Shown here piece after piece: positions 1 to 12,311 of a stretch of DNA of 64,000 nt. Numbering within the stretch: position 1 is the first letter of the stretch; each line of letters opens with the position of its first letter. Under the pieces are notes generated by a model. The model was not told the origin of the DNA, made no database searches, and saw only the letters and a list, made by a program, of their open reading frames with translations. A program made the translations under genes and the position numbers. The DNA is taken from positions 533,098 through 597,097 of the forward strand of contig MU054096.1 of assembly GCA_013239625.1 (NCBI GenBank). Direction: 5' to 3'. Source of the DNA: Lama guanicoe (lineage: Eukaryota).

Positions 1-409
1 TCCTTTAATGCGGTCCAGCGTGGCCCCCGCAGGGCCTCTCTGCTTGCCCGCAGATATCCTTTTGAGCGTTCAATTAAAAGGGACATTTGCTGACGTCTGT
101 AGGCGGTGTGCGTGGTCCTGGCAGTTTCAACATGTTGGCTTCCAGCATCGATGTTTATCAGGTTGGGGAGGTATTTTGTGTTGGTTCAAATGCAAACATT
201 AGTGTTTAGAGGACCCGGGCAACTTCGTGTTTACTTAAAGCCTCAGATATAACAGGACCACGTGTTCCCAGAAAGCTAGTTGTAAAGGGCCCAGAGCTGA
301 ATCCTGGATTTCGGTGCCCCAGCCGTAAAATATGGCCCATGACATCTACTTAGGACTGTTGAAACAGTGAACGTGATAACTGAAGTCTTTTATGTCTTTG
401 GAGTGGAGG

Positions 410-1070
410 AAGGCCTTTTGTATAAGAACTCAAAATCCAGGGGCAATTTTAAAAATTAATACATTCAAGTACATTTTAAAAAAAACAAATCAAGTCCTAA
501 GAAAAACTGGAAACAGTATCTGTGTCTTCTATCACTGAATGCTCATCTCTTTAATATATAAAGAGCTCCTAGAAAGTGAGAAGAAAATGACCAGTTCATG
601 AATAGACTGTTTATACATAAAAAAAGAGAAATGCAAACAGTATTTTGAAAATGAAGAGGTTCAATTTCACTCATAGAAGAGACAGTATGAAAATGCACTG
701 AAACAACATTTCTCACCTATCAGATTGGCAAAACCCCAAAAGTTGAACAGCACTCTGCTGGCAAGTGGTGGAGAAGCAGACCCTCTCCCACGCTGCTGGT
801 GGGGGTGCAAAATGAGACACCCCCTGCAGAGGGCAATTTGGCAGCTGTTATCAAAATTTACAAATGCATTTACCCTCTGACCCAGAAATCCCACTACTGG
901 GAATTTGATCCTCCAGCCAGAGCTCATATATAGGAAACAAGTATACATTAACAGCCAGCATTAATTAACAGCCAAAGATTAGACACAACTGTTGGGTCCA
1001 TCAACAGGGAACTGATGACATCAACCATGGTGTATGCGTACCATGGAATATTATGCAGCTATAAAACCAA
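410..1070 (+). mobile_element. Ancient L1 (L1ME-like) ORF2 3'-end fragment
   Basis: Degenerate L1 ORF2-end motifs (ctcacctatcagattggcaaaa, gctggtgggggtgcaaaatg, gacccagaaatcccact, ccatggaatattatgcagctataaaa). Confidence 0.75.
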
Positions 1071-1074
1071 GACA

Positions 1075-1435
1075 GGGGAATAGACGGAGCACAGGGGATT
1101 TTTAGGGCAATCAAATTATTCTGTATGACACTATAGTGGTGGCTACGTGTCATTATGCATTTGTCAAAGCCCACAGAATGCACAACATCAAGAGTGAACC
1201 CTGATGTAAACTATGGGTTTTGGTTGATAATAATATTGTGTTCATGTTGATTCATCAATTGTACCAAGTATGCCTCACTGATGAGGGATGCTGAGGGCAG
1301 GGGAGTATATATGTGTGGGTGGGGAGGGCTGTGTGTGAACTCTGTGCATTTTCTGGTCAATTCTGCTGTGAACCCGAAGCTGCTCTAAAAAAATAAAGTT
1401 ATTAATTAAAAAAATGATGCAAAAGTGAAAAAAAT
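1075..1435 (+). mobile_element. L1MC/MD-like 3' UTR
   Basis: gatttttagggcaat...ctgtatgacactatagtggtgg...aagagtgaaccctgatgtaaactatgg...ctctaaaaaaataaagtt plus A-rich tail; the same tail type occurs at about 42000-42250. Confidence 0.75.
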
Positions 1436-1528
1436 AAAATTTAAAAGAAAACCCTCAAAAAACCAAGAAGGAAGGTACTTTCTGCATACTCCCATGAAAA
1501 GACCTCTCAATCAGGAAAACCAGGAGCC

Positions 1529-1674
1529 GGGTGGGAGGGTATAGCTCAGTGGTAGAGTGCGTGCCTAGCGTGCACAAGGTCCTGGGTTCAATCCCCAGTG
1601 TCTCCATTAAAAACAAATAAATAAATAAACCTAATTACCTCCCCCCATTAAAAACAAAACAAAATCAAACAACA
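1529..1674 (+). mobile_element. tRNA-Ala-derived SINE (camelid Vic-1-like)
   Basis: gggtatagctcagtggtagagtgc...ggtcctgggttcaatcccc (A and B boxes), aaacctaattacctcccc body, A-rich tail; degenerate TSD aaaaccaggagc / aaagccagaagc. Confidence 0.9.
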
Positions 1675-2179
1675 AAAGCCAGAAGCAGATGCTATGTGTG
1701 GGCTACCTTTTGTGTAAAGAAGATGAAGACTTGGGGGAGAAAATATATTTACATTTGATTTTCTTTTCAAAATTTCCATGTCTGTTTTAACATCATTTGC
1801 ATTTTTTTCTTTTTACCTTTTGACTCCATTCATTTGAACAAATGTTTCTATTTCCTTTCATTTTCAAAAGTAAATGCATGTAATATTCAGAAGAAACGAA
1901 CAGAAACAGGAGTCCTTGTGGGGAACAGAGCTGGAAATATGATGCAGTCAACAGCAAAAGCAGTACTTTTTGACATTTCCCTTTTTATATTATTTTGACC
2001 TTTAACCATCTGAACCTGTCACCTTTTAAAAAATAAAAATGTAGGAAAAAAAAGAATTGAGTTATGAACATTAAACACTCAGCCAGTGTTCCAGACCCAT
2101 CTAGATATAAATGTTAGTGGTTTATATAATTTTAAAAGTATTCTTGTGGTTTCTGAAACAGGCTCTGCAGAACTCTAAG

Positions 2180-2370
2180 GCTGTTTGTCAGAATGTGGCC
2201 TTCACACCACTGGCATCAGAATTATCTGGGGCATGTATTGAAAATGAGGATTCCTGGACCCAACCCAGTGCTTGCCTGCATGATCAGATTATCTGGGGGT
2301 GATGTCCAGGAGTAGCGAGCTTTAAGAACTCTCCAGTAATTCCTATGAACCTCGAGATTTGAGCACAACT
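2180..2370. mobile_element. MER5-like hAT-Charlie relic
   Basis: gcatcagaattatctggg...aaaatgaggattcctggacccaaccc...tttaagaactctcc motif pattern. Confidence 0.6.
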
Positions 2371-2474
2371 ATGATCGACCTCAGGTGCCAATGGTGTGAA
2401 GTTAGTAAGCATATAAGAGCCTGTTCAGACTGAGACTTTCAATAGCAAAGATGGGCGGCCAAGTTCAAAATACA

Positions 2475-3110
2475 CATCTCTCGTCTTGAGCTCCCAGCTG
2501 GCATGTTCATCTGCCTATGGCATCATCACTTGACTGCATAGTAGGGACCTCAGCGTAACATACCCACACTTGAGTTGGGTGGACGGCACCATGAATGGTC
2601 TCCTGTTCTCCCACACACCTTCCCTGTAGTTGCCTCCAACTCTGAACAACACCATAACCCACTCTGCTGCTCAAGCTAAAAATTTAAGCATCTCCAGGTC
2701 CATCCATGTTGCTGCAGATGGCATTATTTTATTCTTTTTTATGGCTGAGTAGTATTCCATTGTATAAATATACCACAGCTTCTTTATCCAGTCATCTGTT
2801 GATGGATATTTAGGTTGCTTCCATGTCTTGGCTATTGTATATAGCACTGCTGTGAACATTGGGGTACAGGTATCTTTTTGAATTAAGTTTCTCTCTGGAC
2901 ATATGCCCAGGAGTGGGATAGCTGGATCATATGGTAAGTTTATTTTTAGTTTTTTGAGGAATCTCCATACCATTTTCCATAATGGCTGAAACATTATGCT
3001 ATATACCAGAAACTGACACATTGTAACTGACTATACTTCAATTTAAAAAAATTTAAGCATCATCTCTGGTTCTTACCTTTGCCCTTTTCTCATCTCTAGT
3101 CCATCAGGAG
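2475..3110 (+). mobile_element. L2 fragment, host of a younger L1 insertion
   Basis: L2-like accataacccactctgctgctcaagctaaaaatttaagcatcatctctgg, split by the L1 at 2693-3046. Confidence 0.55.
2693..3046 (+). mobile_element. Young 5'-inverted (twin-primed) L1 insertion
   Basis: Perfect 15-bp TSD aaaaatttaagcatc (2678-2692, 3047-3061); antisense ORF2 end at 2693-2988, then sense 3' terminus at 2986-3046 with A tail. Confidence 0.9.
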
Positions 3111-3322
3111 GCCCCACCCTTCACAGGGGTGGTAACATTTTGCACTCCTGGCAGCAATGCATGCCTGTTTCTCTACTGTTTTGCCAACAGAAGCTGAGGT
3201 CAGGCATCTTCTCATATGCATAACGGCCATTGTATTTCTTCTTTCTTCTTTTTTTCTGTATGCAATCTACTCATGAACTTCCCATTTTTGGTTTTTTCCT
3301 ACTCACTCTAGGTCCTTCTTTA

Positions 3323-3840
3323 TGTTACCCCAAAGGGGAAGGGAGAAGTTCCCCACTTTTGTCTTACCCAAAAGAGAAGAATTCAGATGGGAGGTGAAGC
3401 ATTGTTAGTGAAAGATTTTAAAGGTTTTGTTAGCAAAGGGAAAGGACACCTCCAAGAACAGGAGGCGGGCTGATCCAGGGCGGACAGCAGTGGTCCTTGT
3501 TTACCCCGTTCTCTCATACCCTTGCTGAGAGGTGGTGTTTTCGCTGATTGACAGCTCTTGCCCCCAGAATGCTTAGTCATGCTCATCTCCTTTTGTGCAT
3601 GTCCTTACCCATGATGCCCACAGAAAAACCCATGGGTAGTGGGGGCCTAAACCAAAATGCTGATTGTATTATCATGGATCCTGTTGGGTTAGGTCCTTGT
3701 CACTACCTCACAGTCATGGCTGTTGGGTTCTGACCTGTTTCTTGCCGGCACTGGTTTAGAGGAATTACAGCCCCTTTATGCTGGAGGTGGGCATAATGCT
3801 GCCTTCTGGACCATCTTCCCCCTCCTCACCTATCTGCCAT
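3323..3840 (-). mobile_element. Probable ERV solo-LTR remnant (family unresolved)
   Basis: Begins tgttacc and has LTR-like composition; right boundary and TSD are not resolved. Confidence 0.4.
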
Positions 3841-5399
3841 CGTGTTTGTGAGACTTCTGTCTGTAATGTTCTTCCTCCGGAGTGTCCGCAGCTTACCCCG
3901 TCGGCAGACCTTCCCTGACCACCAACCCAAAGGAGCCTTGCCTGCCGGTCCCCTGAGGTCACTCCATCACCTCCCTCCTCTGGTTTTCTTCACCGGATCT
4001 CATCAGCCACCATCTCTGGGATTTCCTTAACTCTTTGTTGCCCAAATGCCTCCCTGGGAGATGGGGCCCTGCCCACTTTGTTCACCGAGCATTCTGGGGA
4101 CCTGGAACTGTGTGTGGCAGCACTTGTAAATACCTGCAAAGGAATCCACAACTCGCCGCTTTCCCTGACCCCTCGGATGTGTCTTCCAATTCCCCATCTC
4201 CACCCCTCTCAGCCTCGTAGCCTCGCCTCGGCAGCAGCTACCACTGCTAACACCAATTTCTTTTTCACCATTTTTAAAGGTAAACTCCTCAGGTCACATC
4301 CCATGGATCCAGCTCATCTTTGTCTCCTCTTTTGATTCAAGCTCCCACATCCCCATCCAATCAGGTGCACTGGTGGGCGGATGGGTGGTGGGCAAACCAG
4401 AGTCACATGGTTTAAATAGGCGCTGCTTCCCCTAAAATCATACGTCCAGGAAAGCGTGAGAATGTTGAGGGTCTGTAACAAGCATGCGAGGAGCGAGCCC
4501 TACTGAGAAAAGGGACAGAAAAGGGTACAGGGGAACATCTTTTCACTATAATTAGCAGAGGTACCTGGAGTTCAATGGAAGAAGACATTCCTGCTTTAGT
4601 GGGTCATGGCAACAATTTCAGCTTTAACCTGACCACTTGGACTTTGGCACCGTGGAGGCAAGGCCATCCATTTTAGCTGAAACCAGCATCTTTTCTCCCC
4701 TTAGTAAGTTCCTACAAAATAAAATCACCGGATTCCCAGAAGATAAAAAAGAAAAATCCATTCTCTCCCTCCCGTTCCCATAAGTGCATCCTCACGTAGT
4801 CGCAGGCTTCTGCAGATTTTAATAAGGTCCCCTGTGTAGGTCTCTTCAAATATGGGCAAAATACTCAAAGTGAGAAAATGTCACATGTAATCAAGGGCGC
4901 TATAAACACAGCGTTTGTGGCAGGCAGACGGCTCACGGGCAGCTGGAGCCATCACAGGGTTTGCCTGTCGGTGACCAAAATGCAAGAATCTCATTTTGGG
5001 CCTTCATTTGGGCAATTTCAATTAAGCACTTGGGTTTTGTGATTTTGTTTAAGGAAAACTATGTTTGAATTGGGCAAACAACACAGCCTGCTAACAGTGA
5101 GAGACCCTCAGAACTTTTATTTCCTGGGGAGAAATGTGCTTTTAAATGTAAACACTGCACACACAGGCCACCGCTAACTCCCAAAGTTTCCTGACTCCAC
5201 GTTGCTGCTTACGTGCCTGGAACCTGGGTCTCAGCCTGGATTCCTTTAGTCCTGGGGCGTGAGGCGACAGCTCATGCTTCGGTGGGTGTCTGAGCCTTTC
5301 CTGGTCTCTCTGGAGGGCTTGTTGTCAGGTAGCAGGTCTGAACCCGGGAGATGTTGCCTGTAGAGGGTATTTGGAAACGTCTAGAAATATTTCTTATAA

Positions 5400-5515
5400 A
5401 ACACCAAGCCTCACTGAACTTCCATCACCTCCATAAGTCCCTGTCTCCAAATTCAGTCACACTGGGGGTTAGGGCTTCAACAGATGAATTGTGCGGGGAC
5501 ATACGGTCCATGACA
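5400..5515 (-). mobile_element. MLT1 (MaLR) LTR 5'-end fragment
   Basis: cagtcacactgggggttagggcttcaacagatgaatt...ggggaca...catgaca is the reverse complement of the MLT1 start. Confidence 0.7.
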
Positions 5516-5519
5516 CCTG

Positions 5520-6035
5520 GTTTAGTAGCAGGATTCTAAGCTGTCCCCCAGATTTCCCTCCCCCAGTGCACATGCCCCAGCCATAAAGATGACGGGCTAG
5601 TGAGATTATCCCAACTGAATCACGCACCCTTTAAAAGCAGAGAGTGTTTTTCTGGCCAACAGCAGAGAGAGCGTAAAAAGAGATGGTATTTGAAAGAGAT
5701 TTGAGCCGAGGGAAGTTCTCTGTGGCCAAGATGTGGGAGCCACACGGCAACGGCTCAAGTGGTCTGAGATGTTGAGAGCAGCTCCCAGGTGACAGCAGGG
5801 CAGGGGTGGGGACAACAGAGGCCTCAGCCCAAAGCTACGAGGAACCAGACCACCTACTGACCCAGGAGAATCTTGAAAGTGGACTCTTCCCCAGAGCCAC
5901 CAAATGATGGCTCCGCCTGGTCAGCCCCTTGATTTCAGCTTTGTAATGAGCAGAGAACCATGTGCTGAGGCTTTTGACCTAGAGATAGCAAGTGGAGGCT
6001 GTTTTAAGCTGCTAAGCTTATGGTAATTTGTTCCC
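5520..6035 (+). mobile_element. MLT1 (MaLR) LTR
   Basis: ggattctaagctgtccccca...cccttgatttcagctttgt...gctgttttaagctgctaagcttatggtaatttgtt, typical of MLT1E/F-type LTRs. Confidence 0.75.
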
Positions 6036-6109
6036 TGATCACCCACAGACCAGGGAGACAGGGCCAGCTGAAGCGAAGTCTCTTGCTACCACACATGCGC
6101 CTCCCTTGG

Positions 6110-6262
6110 ACCAAAATCCCGAGTGCTTCTCACATCGCAATGTCCATGCGCATCTCCTGGGAACCTCTGATTTAGTAGCTCGTGGGTGAGTCTTGAGATA
6201 CAGCTTTCCTGACAAACTCCCTGGGGAGGCTGATGCCACGTTCTGAGGGTCACACTGAGACT
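6110..6262. mobile_element. MER5A-like relic
   Basis: tctgatttagtag...gacaaactccctggggaggctgatgc...cacactgaga. Confidence 0.55.
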
Positions 6263-6421
6263 AAAAATTATCTACTTAGGAAGTTGGTTTTATCCTCAGA
6301 CCAGTGGGAAGCCTGAGTCTATGTTCTCTTTGCTTTTTAGCAGCCGATGTTCACATTTCTCAAAGGCTTTGGTCCAGAATTTCTGATATTACTGTTAATG
6401 ATGTCAGAAAGTTGAGGTTTG

Positions 6422-6625
6422 TAGTAATAATAGTTAATATACTTTGAAGGTTTGCTATGTGCCGAGAACGGTGTTTACATGAACTGCTTTATTCAAATCC
6501 TACAACCTCTAATCAATTGTTAGCCTCAAGGAAGGTAAACAACTTGCCCATGATCACACGGCTTCTAAATTGGAGGTACGGTGCAGATCTAGAACTTTCT
6601 GACACTCGGAATCATTATTGCGCAC
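6422..6625 (-). mobile_element. MIR
   Basis: ctatgtgccgag...aatcctacaacc...aggtaaacaacttgcccatgatcacac MIR core. Confidence 0.7.
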
Positions 6626-6639
6626 AGCCATGGTCCCGG

Positions 6640-6815
6640 AGGAAGGGCCATGGGTGGACACGCCTGCAAGCCGAGGAGACAGGTCTCTGGAGGGACCAAC
6701 CCTGCCGGCACCTGGATCTCAGACTTCTAGCCTCCAGAGCTTTGAGAAATACATTACTGTCGTTTCAGCCACACCCAGTCTGCGGAATTTTGTTATCGTG
6801 GCCCTCGCAAAATTC
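6640..6815 (+). mobile_element. MLT1 LTR 3' part
   Basis: gaccaaccctgccggcacctggatctcagacttctagcctccagagc...cccagtctgcggaattttgttat. Confidence 0.75.
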
Positions 6816-7288
6816 TTCGCTGGATAGTAACGCCAGTGAAAACCTAGTTTTACACGTGAATATGATGTAGCATAAATCGGTGTGCCAAGGCATGTGCTAA
6901 GAGTTATGGAAACTGGAAGGGATTCCTGCAGTGGGACTGAGAAAATTTCATCCCACCTGCTGGGTGAGGAAGACGGAACCTGACTTGGAAGGATGAGCTG
7001 TACTTTGGGTTTGGTTCCTGTCCAATACCCGTGATTGCTTGCTCATTGGCTGAGTGAGAAAAACATCCCTCCCAAAGGACTCCTCTGTGTAAAAGGAGAA
7101 AAAGCGTCTAGAGAGAAAAGCCGCATTTCCCCTCGCTCTACGTTTGTGGCCAGTCTGAGCTTTTCCAGTGATTCCAAGCTGAATAGTAGCATTTCACAAT
7201 AGCAAATGTGTGCTTTCAAAGGCATGTGCGTGATGCGTTGGTTTCCATGTATGTATGTTTCTCTCACCGTTGAACTAGTGGTACCTGC

Positions 7289-7310
7289 GTTGTCATGGCG
7301 ACGCCCCGCC
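7289..7310. promoter_or_regulatory. Candidate RFX X-box with adjacent GC box
   Basis: gttgtcatggcgac (near-palindromic, close to RFX consensus GTTGCCATGGCAAC) immediately followed by gccccgcc, in a locally CpG-rich non-repeat patch. Confidence 0.5.
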
Positions 7311-8649
7311 GACGGACCTAAAAGCTGTCAAGCGGACTTCGTGGGGGCCAGCTGGACATGCAGTCCAAGAGGCTGACCGGTTCTCAGACGCGTTGTTTGT
7401 TGTCCAGTTGGCCTCCATGGAATTGGCTCACACCTTCTAAAGACAGGACTGCGTTTTTAGGTTTATTATTTTTCTGGTTCAGATATGAACACCTTGAGAG
7501 GGAATAGGCAAGTCCACGATCATCTTATTTTTGGAAGCCAAAATACAGTCAGTTAAAGATGGAAGGTCCCGTATTTTCTTCCAGGTTATTTAGAGATGTA
7601 ATTAGGAGTAAGCAAGGGTCCAGCATTAAATCGCTTAATAAAACAAATTTCCAACTCTGAGCCTGAGACACATTTAAGAACCCTTGTGAAGGCTGCGATA
7701 ATCACATCACAATGTAAATTGGCCAGAGTTTTGTTTTGTTTTTTTTTCCCAAAATGTCTTGAAAAAGAAGAGATTTATTTTGAAAATAGCTGTAAGAAAG
7801 GTGGGCAGAGTACGGCAAAGGTTACCCCGCATGAGATGTGACTAATCTCCAAGCTAACTTCCCTCCCAGGGGAGCGGCCCTCCCCTGGCCGTGGGGGTTG
7901 CCACTTCTTTGATGTGTCTTTGAGTCACATGTTGTGGGTGAACCCATGTTTCAAAGACAAGGATCAGCGAGAAGCGTGTGTTTCTGGGTGTAAGATTTCC
8001 TGCAAGGGCAAAGCTCATGGGGAGAGAGGATGCTTTCCCTGGGGAGGTCCCGGAGAGTGTCCCTGGAAGGGAACACGTGTATTTTCCAGTGGATCGAAAA
8101 GACTCCCGGAGCCCCTCTGCCTGTCCCCTCCCTCCAGCAGCAGCCAAAGTCCTGGCCAGCCTCCCCGGCTTGTAGGAATTTGTAAGCCTCCAAAGCAAAG
8201 CTTCATAGCACACAGCTTTGAGGGCATAGCTTTCCCCTAATTTTAACTGTTCCCGAGAACATTATTTAGAGCTCTTTAGTTCGGGGGCCCCCACTGATCA
8301 CAACTTCCCCTTTTTTCTAGCTGACAGCCATGACTGGAATTTTTATCAGATACTATTAGCCAGAAGGATGGATGAACAAGTGAGAAAATGAACGAATTGC
8401 TGCGTGTACACAGTACATGCCGGCTGGCAGAGGCTCTCAACACAGCCACACAACACCATTTCAACACCTCCATCTAGTCATTTTCCCAGACACTATTCTG
8501 CTCAGTTCTCTGCCACCCTGTTGTCCCCTTTAAGGCAACAGGCCTCACAAAAATGAAAAATACCTTCTATTCATGAAGGATTAGGACCTCCCCCTGTCCT
8601 TAAACAGTGTAGAGGTCCCTAATAAATTCATTATAGCCTCCAAAGACCA

Positions 8650-8821
8650 GTTTTTTGGTTTTCTTGGAGGGGGAGATAATTAGGTTTATTTACTTTTTCA
8701 CTTATACTTTTTAAGAAATTAGGTTTATTTCTTTTTTTTTTTAACGGAGGTACTGGGCGTTGAACCCAGGACCTCATGCATGCTAGGCAAGCTCTCTACC
8801 ACTGAGCTATCCCCTCCCACC
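8650..8821 (-). mobile_element. tRNA-Ala-derived SINE (Vic-1-like)
   Basis: ggaggtactgggcgttgaacccaggacctcatgcatgctaggcaagctctctaccactgagctatcccctccc preceded by a T-rich tail. Confidence 0.9.
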
Positions 8822-9959
8822 TCAGTGACCCTTTCTTGATAGCATCTTGGTCATGCACACAAAGCTCCGTGTACCACGTGTGATGGGCATTTGTCCTACT
8901 TTCCATTCCTTTGATTTCTTATAAAATTTGCCTATCTTAGGGACCGTGTGTGTTTATGCGAAAGGAAGTTTGTGACCAGTTCTAGGCAGGTTAGCTACAG
9001 CCATCTATTCCATTCATGGAAAGGGTAGGAAGGTGTTTTTTTTTTTTTTTTAACTCCTGTTCCCTAAACTGTACAAGGCACAGGGGTTTTCTGCGAACAT
9101 GAGTATTTCTCTCCCCTTTCCAGCAGCACGGAAAATGTGTGACCACCTCCCACAAAAGCAAGACGCATGGCAGCTGAGAATCTCCCATTTGCTGTCCTTG
9201 TGGGCATGTTTTGAACTGGAAACGGGAGGATTAAAAGGAGCAGGTTTTAGTTTCATGGAAGGGAAGCCCAGTTTGGGAGACGGGTTAGGGGCCAGATCCT
9301 TCCCATCCTTGCCGCCCTGTGCCGGAGACCACAGGTCTTGTACAAAACAATCAGACCGCTCTTGCCCCCAGAGTTTACTGACAGCTGAAACTCAGCACTG
9401 AACGCAAAGGAAACCGGAGCCCATTACAGCTGAGAAAAAAAGAAAACAGAAAAAAGAAGGAGTTCATGTAGACAGAAATTTTCAAGTTTCCAATTGCTTG
9501 TATTTGTCAAAATCACAGATGCTCGCAGGACCTGTGGGGACACAGACACGGGACTGCGAGCACCGAGGGGCTTTGCCAGGATGCTCTGACCACAGGAGAC
9601 CATTTCCCAGCTACGCTCAATACAACCAGTTCCCTTAACTTACTCTCCTTAGAAGTTTCAGCACCTGGTAAGTGACATTTAACTTTGCCATCTTTGAAAG
9701 GGCACTTAGAAGCCATTACCGCCAAGTCCCTAGGCTGCTTTCGGGACTTGAATTCATGTGAGAACAAAGGGCAAGCCACACAGTACCTCCCCTACACCCA
9801 CGCGTGGCAACCCGGCTCAATCTGGGCTGGTCTTTTGTGAGGACCTCATTTGAGAGTCTCACCGTCCCGGGTACCCCCTCCCCAGAGCTCAATGGACAAA
9901 TCAATCAAAATCAAAGGACAGTGGAAGTCCATCACGAGCGGAGGACCTAACGCAACATG

Positions 9960-10120
9960 CCAGGGCCTGTGTCACGTCCTGGACACGGATGATCCTGCTC
10001 AATCCTTATAACACCCCTGTGATGTCGAGGAAACCGAGGCACAAAACAGTTACGTGACTTGCCCAAGATCACACAGTAAATGGAGAAACCAGGTCATCTG
10101 ACTCCTGAGCTTACATACCT
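9960..10120 (-). mobile_element. MIR
   Basis: gaggaaaccgaggcacaaaacagttacgtgacttgcccaagatcacacag core. Confidence 0.75.
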
Positions 10121-10128
10121 GTGTAAGA

Positions 10129-10149
10129 GTGTGTGTGTGTGTGTGTGTG
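10129..10149. repeat. (GT)n microsatellite
   Basis: Direct dinucleotide run. Confidence 0.9.
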
Positions 10150-10297
10150 ACCAGCATTTTCATAAGTAGGTTGTGCAGGGACATACTGGAGGTGACACAA
10201 GACCAAAAAAAAAAAAAACGGAAGGAGAAGAAAGACATCTTTAGAGCCTTGGAGCAACTCTTAATGGACCCACCTTCCATGCAGAGTCTAAAGGGGC

Positions 10298-10441
10298 TTT
10301 TTTTTTAAACTAATTAATTTACTTATTTTAATTGAAATACAGTCAGTTACAATGCATCAATTTCTGGTGTCCAGCATCATGTCCCAGTCATGCATATACA
10401 CACATACATTCGCTTTTGTATTCTTTTTCATTAAAGGTTAG
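10298..10441 (-). mobile_element. Short young L1 3' end
   Basis: T tract followed by ttgaaatacagtcagttacaatgcatcaatttctggtgtccagcatcatgtcccagtca, matching other L1 tails in the window. Confidence 0.85.
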
Positions 10442-11806
10442 GACACGATATTTAAACAAAGCCTCGACAGCAGGTTGCAGAGCAGTTTCCCACTTCCTGC
10501 CAGTGACAATTTGAGGAGACTGATTCAATAAACATCATTCACCAATTACTGGGGTTCCTGAGGAGTCTCCTTGGGAAAGGTGTGAATGGCAGTGAAACGT
10601 AAGTCCTAACCTTTTCAGGTCCCAAAGCTTGTGTCTCCAGCTCTGTTCTGAGAGGGGGGCACGCGTGGCTGGTGGGAGTGAAGAGAAAGAGGGGAGGACA
10701 GAAGGGTGAAAAAAAAAATCCCCAGCCCAGAATGAACTTAGAAAATCCATCTCACACTCTCTTATGAAAAGGAACTGAACTGTCCTGCTTTGATTTTTCT
10801 CCCTCACTGACTGCTCCTCACAGAGCGACCCTCACACCGAGACCCCCCAGACAGCAAAGAAAGGCATCTCTCTGGTTATTCAAACATGAGCCCTGCTTCA
10901 GAAAGCAGCTCATCTGGGCACTTTATTAGGGAATTGAAAGGGTGCCGCCCAGCAGCCACCCTGGGGTTTGTGAGACCATCACTTTGTAGATCCAGGCGCC
11001 ACCTCTCTCCTTTGTTTTTCCTGCACAGGACTTCCACCAACCCCAAGGAAGTCTCATGTGAGTGGAAATAAAAAAGGTGAAAACAGAGTTTGTTGTATTA
11101 TATTTTTATGAACATCGGCCTGGGAAATGTTACCACTAGACGACCTTAGACATCATCTTCCTTTTTGGACAAGGAGAAAGGGGTCCAGGTTTGAGCCCTG
11201 AATGTACCCGAAGCCACGTGTTACCCTGAGGTTTGACCCACTCCAAATCTCACTTCCATTCTCACCTTTACTGCTTATTTCATAGACCCCCATTAAGATG
11301 GCAAGACACCATTCCACGTAACAGAGGTGATTCAGCCTTCCCTGATGCTGTGTATTAATCTGGGACTAGCATTCTTCACTCCAGTGTCTTTCTAAGGAGA
11401 CGAAAACAAAAGTCCTTTTGAAAATGTGTGACCTTCTTGGCAAAACTTCGATGTTGGTAAAATCTTGCTTTGTAGAGATAGTTTCAAAGTTCTATGAAAG
11501 CAGTTGCTTCACTGTAAAGTTTCTTACTGAGGACAATTGAGATAAAAGGCACAAAGGGAGAAGCCAAGTGCTAATGGCTGACATGAAGCCACAGTAGTGA
11601 CCACAGGTTCTGCGAGGACTGAAACTTACTTATTTTATTCACCGCAGTGAGCTCAGTATCCACAGGACAGATGGCAATGGGTAGGCACTCAACACGTTTT
11701 GGTTGAACACATTAACAAGAGGGTGATGGGAGGAAGGGTTCCTCATACATCCATCTCCATCTGCCCCAGCTGCCATGCTTCCCCAGTTGCCCAGAGACGT
11801 GTTCTT

Positions 11807-12311
11807 TTTTTTTTTTTTAATTGAGTTATAGTCAGTTTACAATGTTGGGTCAGTTTCTGGTGCACAGCACAATGCTTCAGTCGTACAGGAATATACATAT
11901 ATTCCTTTTCATATTCTTTTTCTCTGTGAGCTACAACAAGATATTGGATATAGTTCCCTGTGCTGTACAGTATAAACTTGTTTATCTATTTTCTACATAC
12001 CAGTCAGTATCTGCAAATCTCAATCTCCCAGTTGATCCCTTCCCACCCCGCTCCTCTATGGCAACCACAAGTCTGTATTCTATGTCTGGAGTCAGTTTCT
12101 GTCTTATATATAAGTTCATTTATCTTTTTTTAAATTCCGCATATGAGTGATATCATACGGTATTTTTCTTTCACTTTCTGGCTTTGAATTTCACTTAGAA
12201 TGACATTCTCAGGGCCATCCATGTTGCCGCAAATGGCATTATTTTATCATTTTTTATGGCTGAGTCGTATTCCATTGTATAAATGTACCACAACTTCTTT
12301 ATCCAGTCATC
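11807..12311 (-). mobile_element. Young 5'-truncated L1
   Basis: Poly-T, 3' UTR and ORF2 end; imperfect TSD gagacgtgttctt / gagacagtgtgttctt. Confidence 0.9.
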
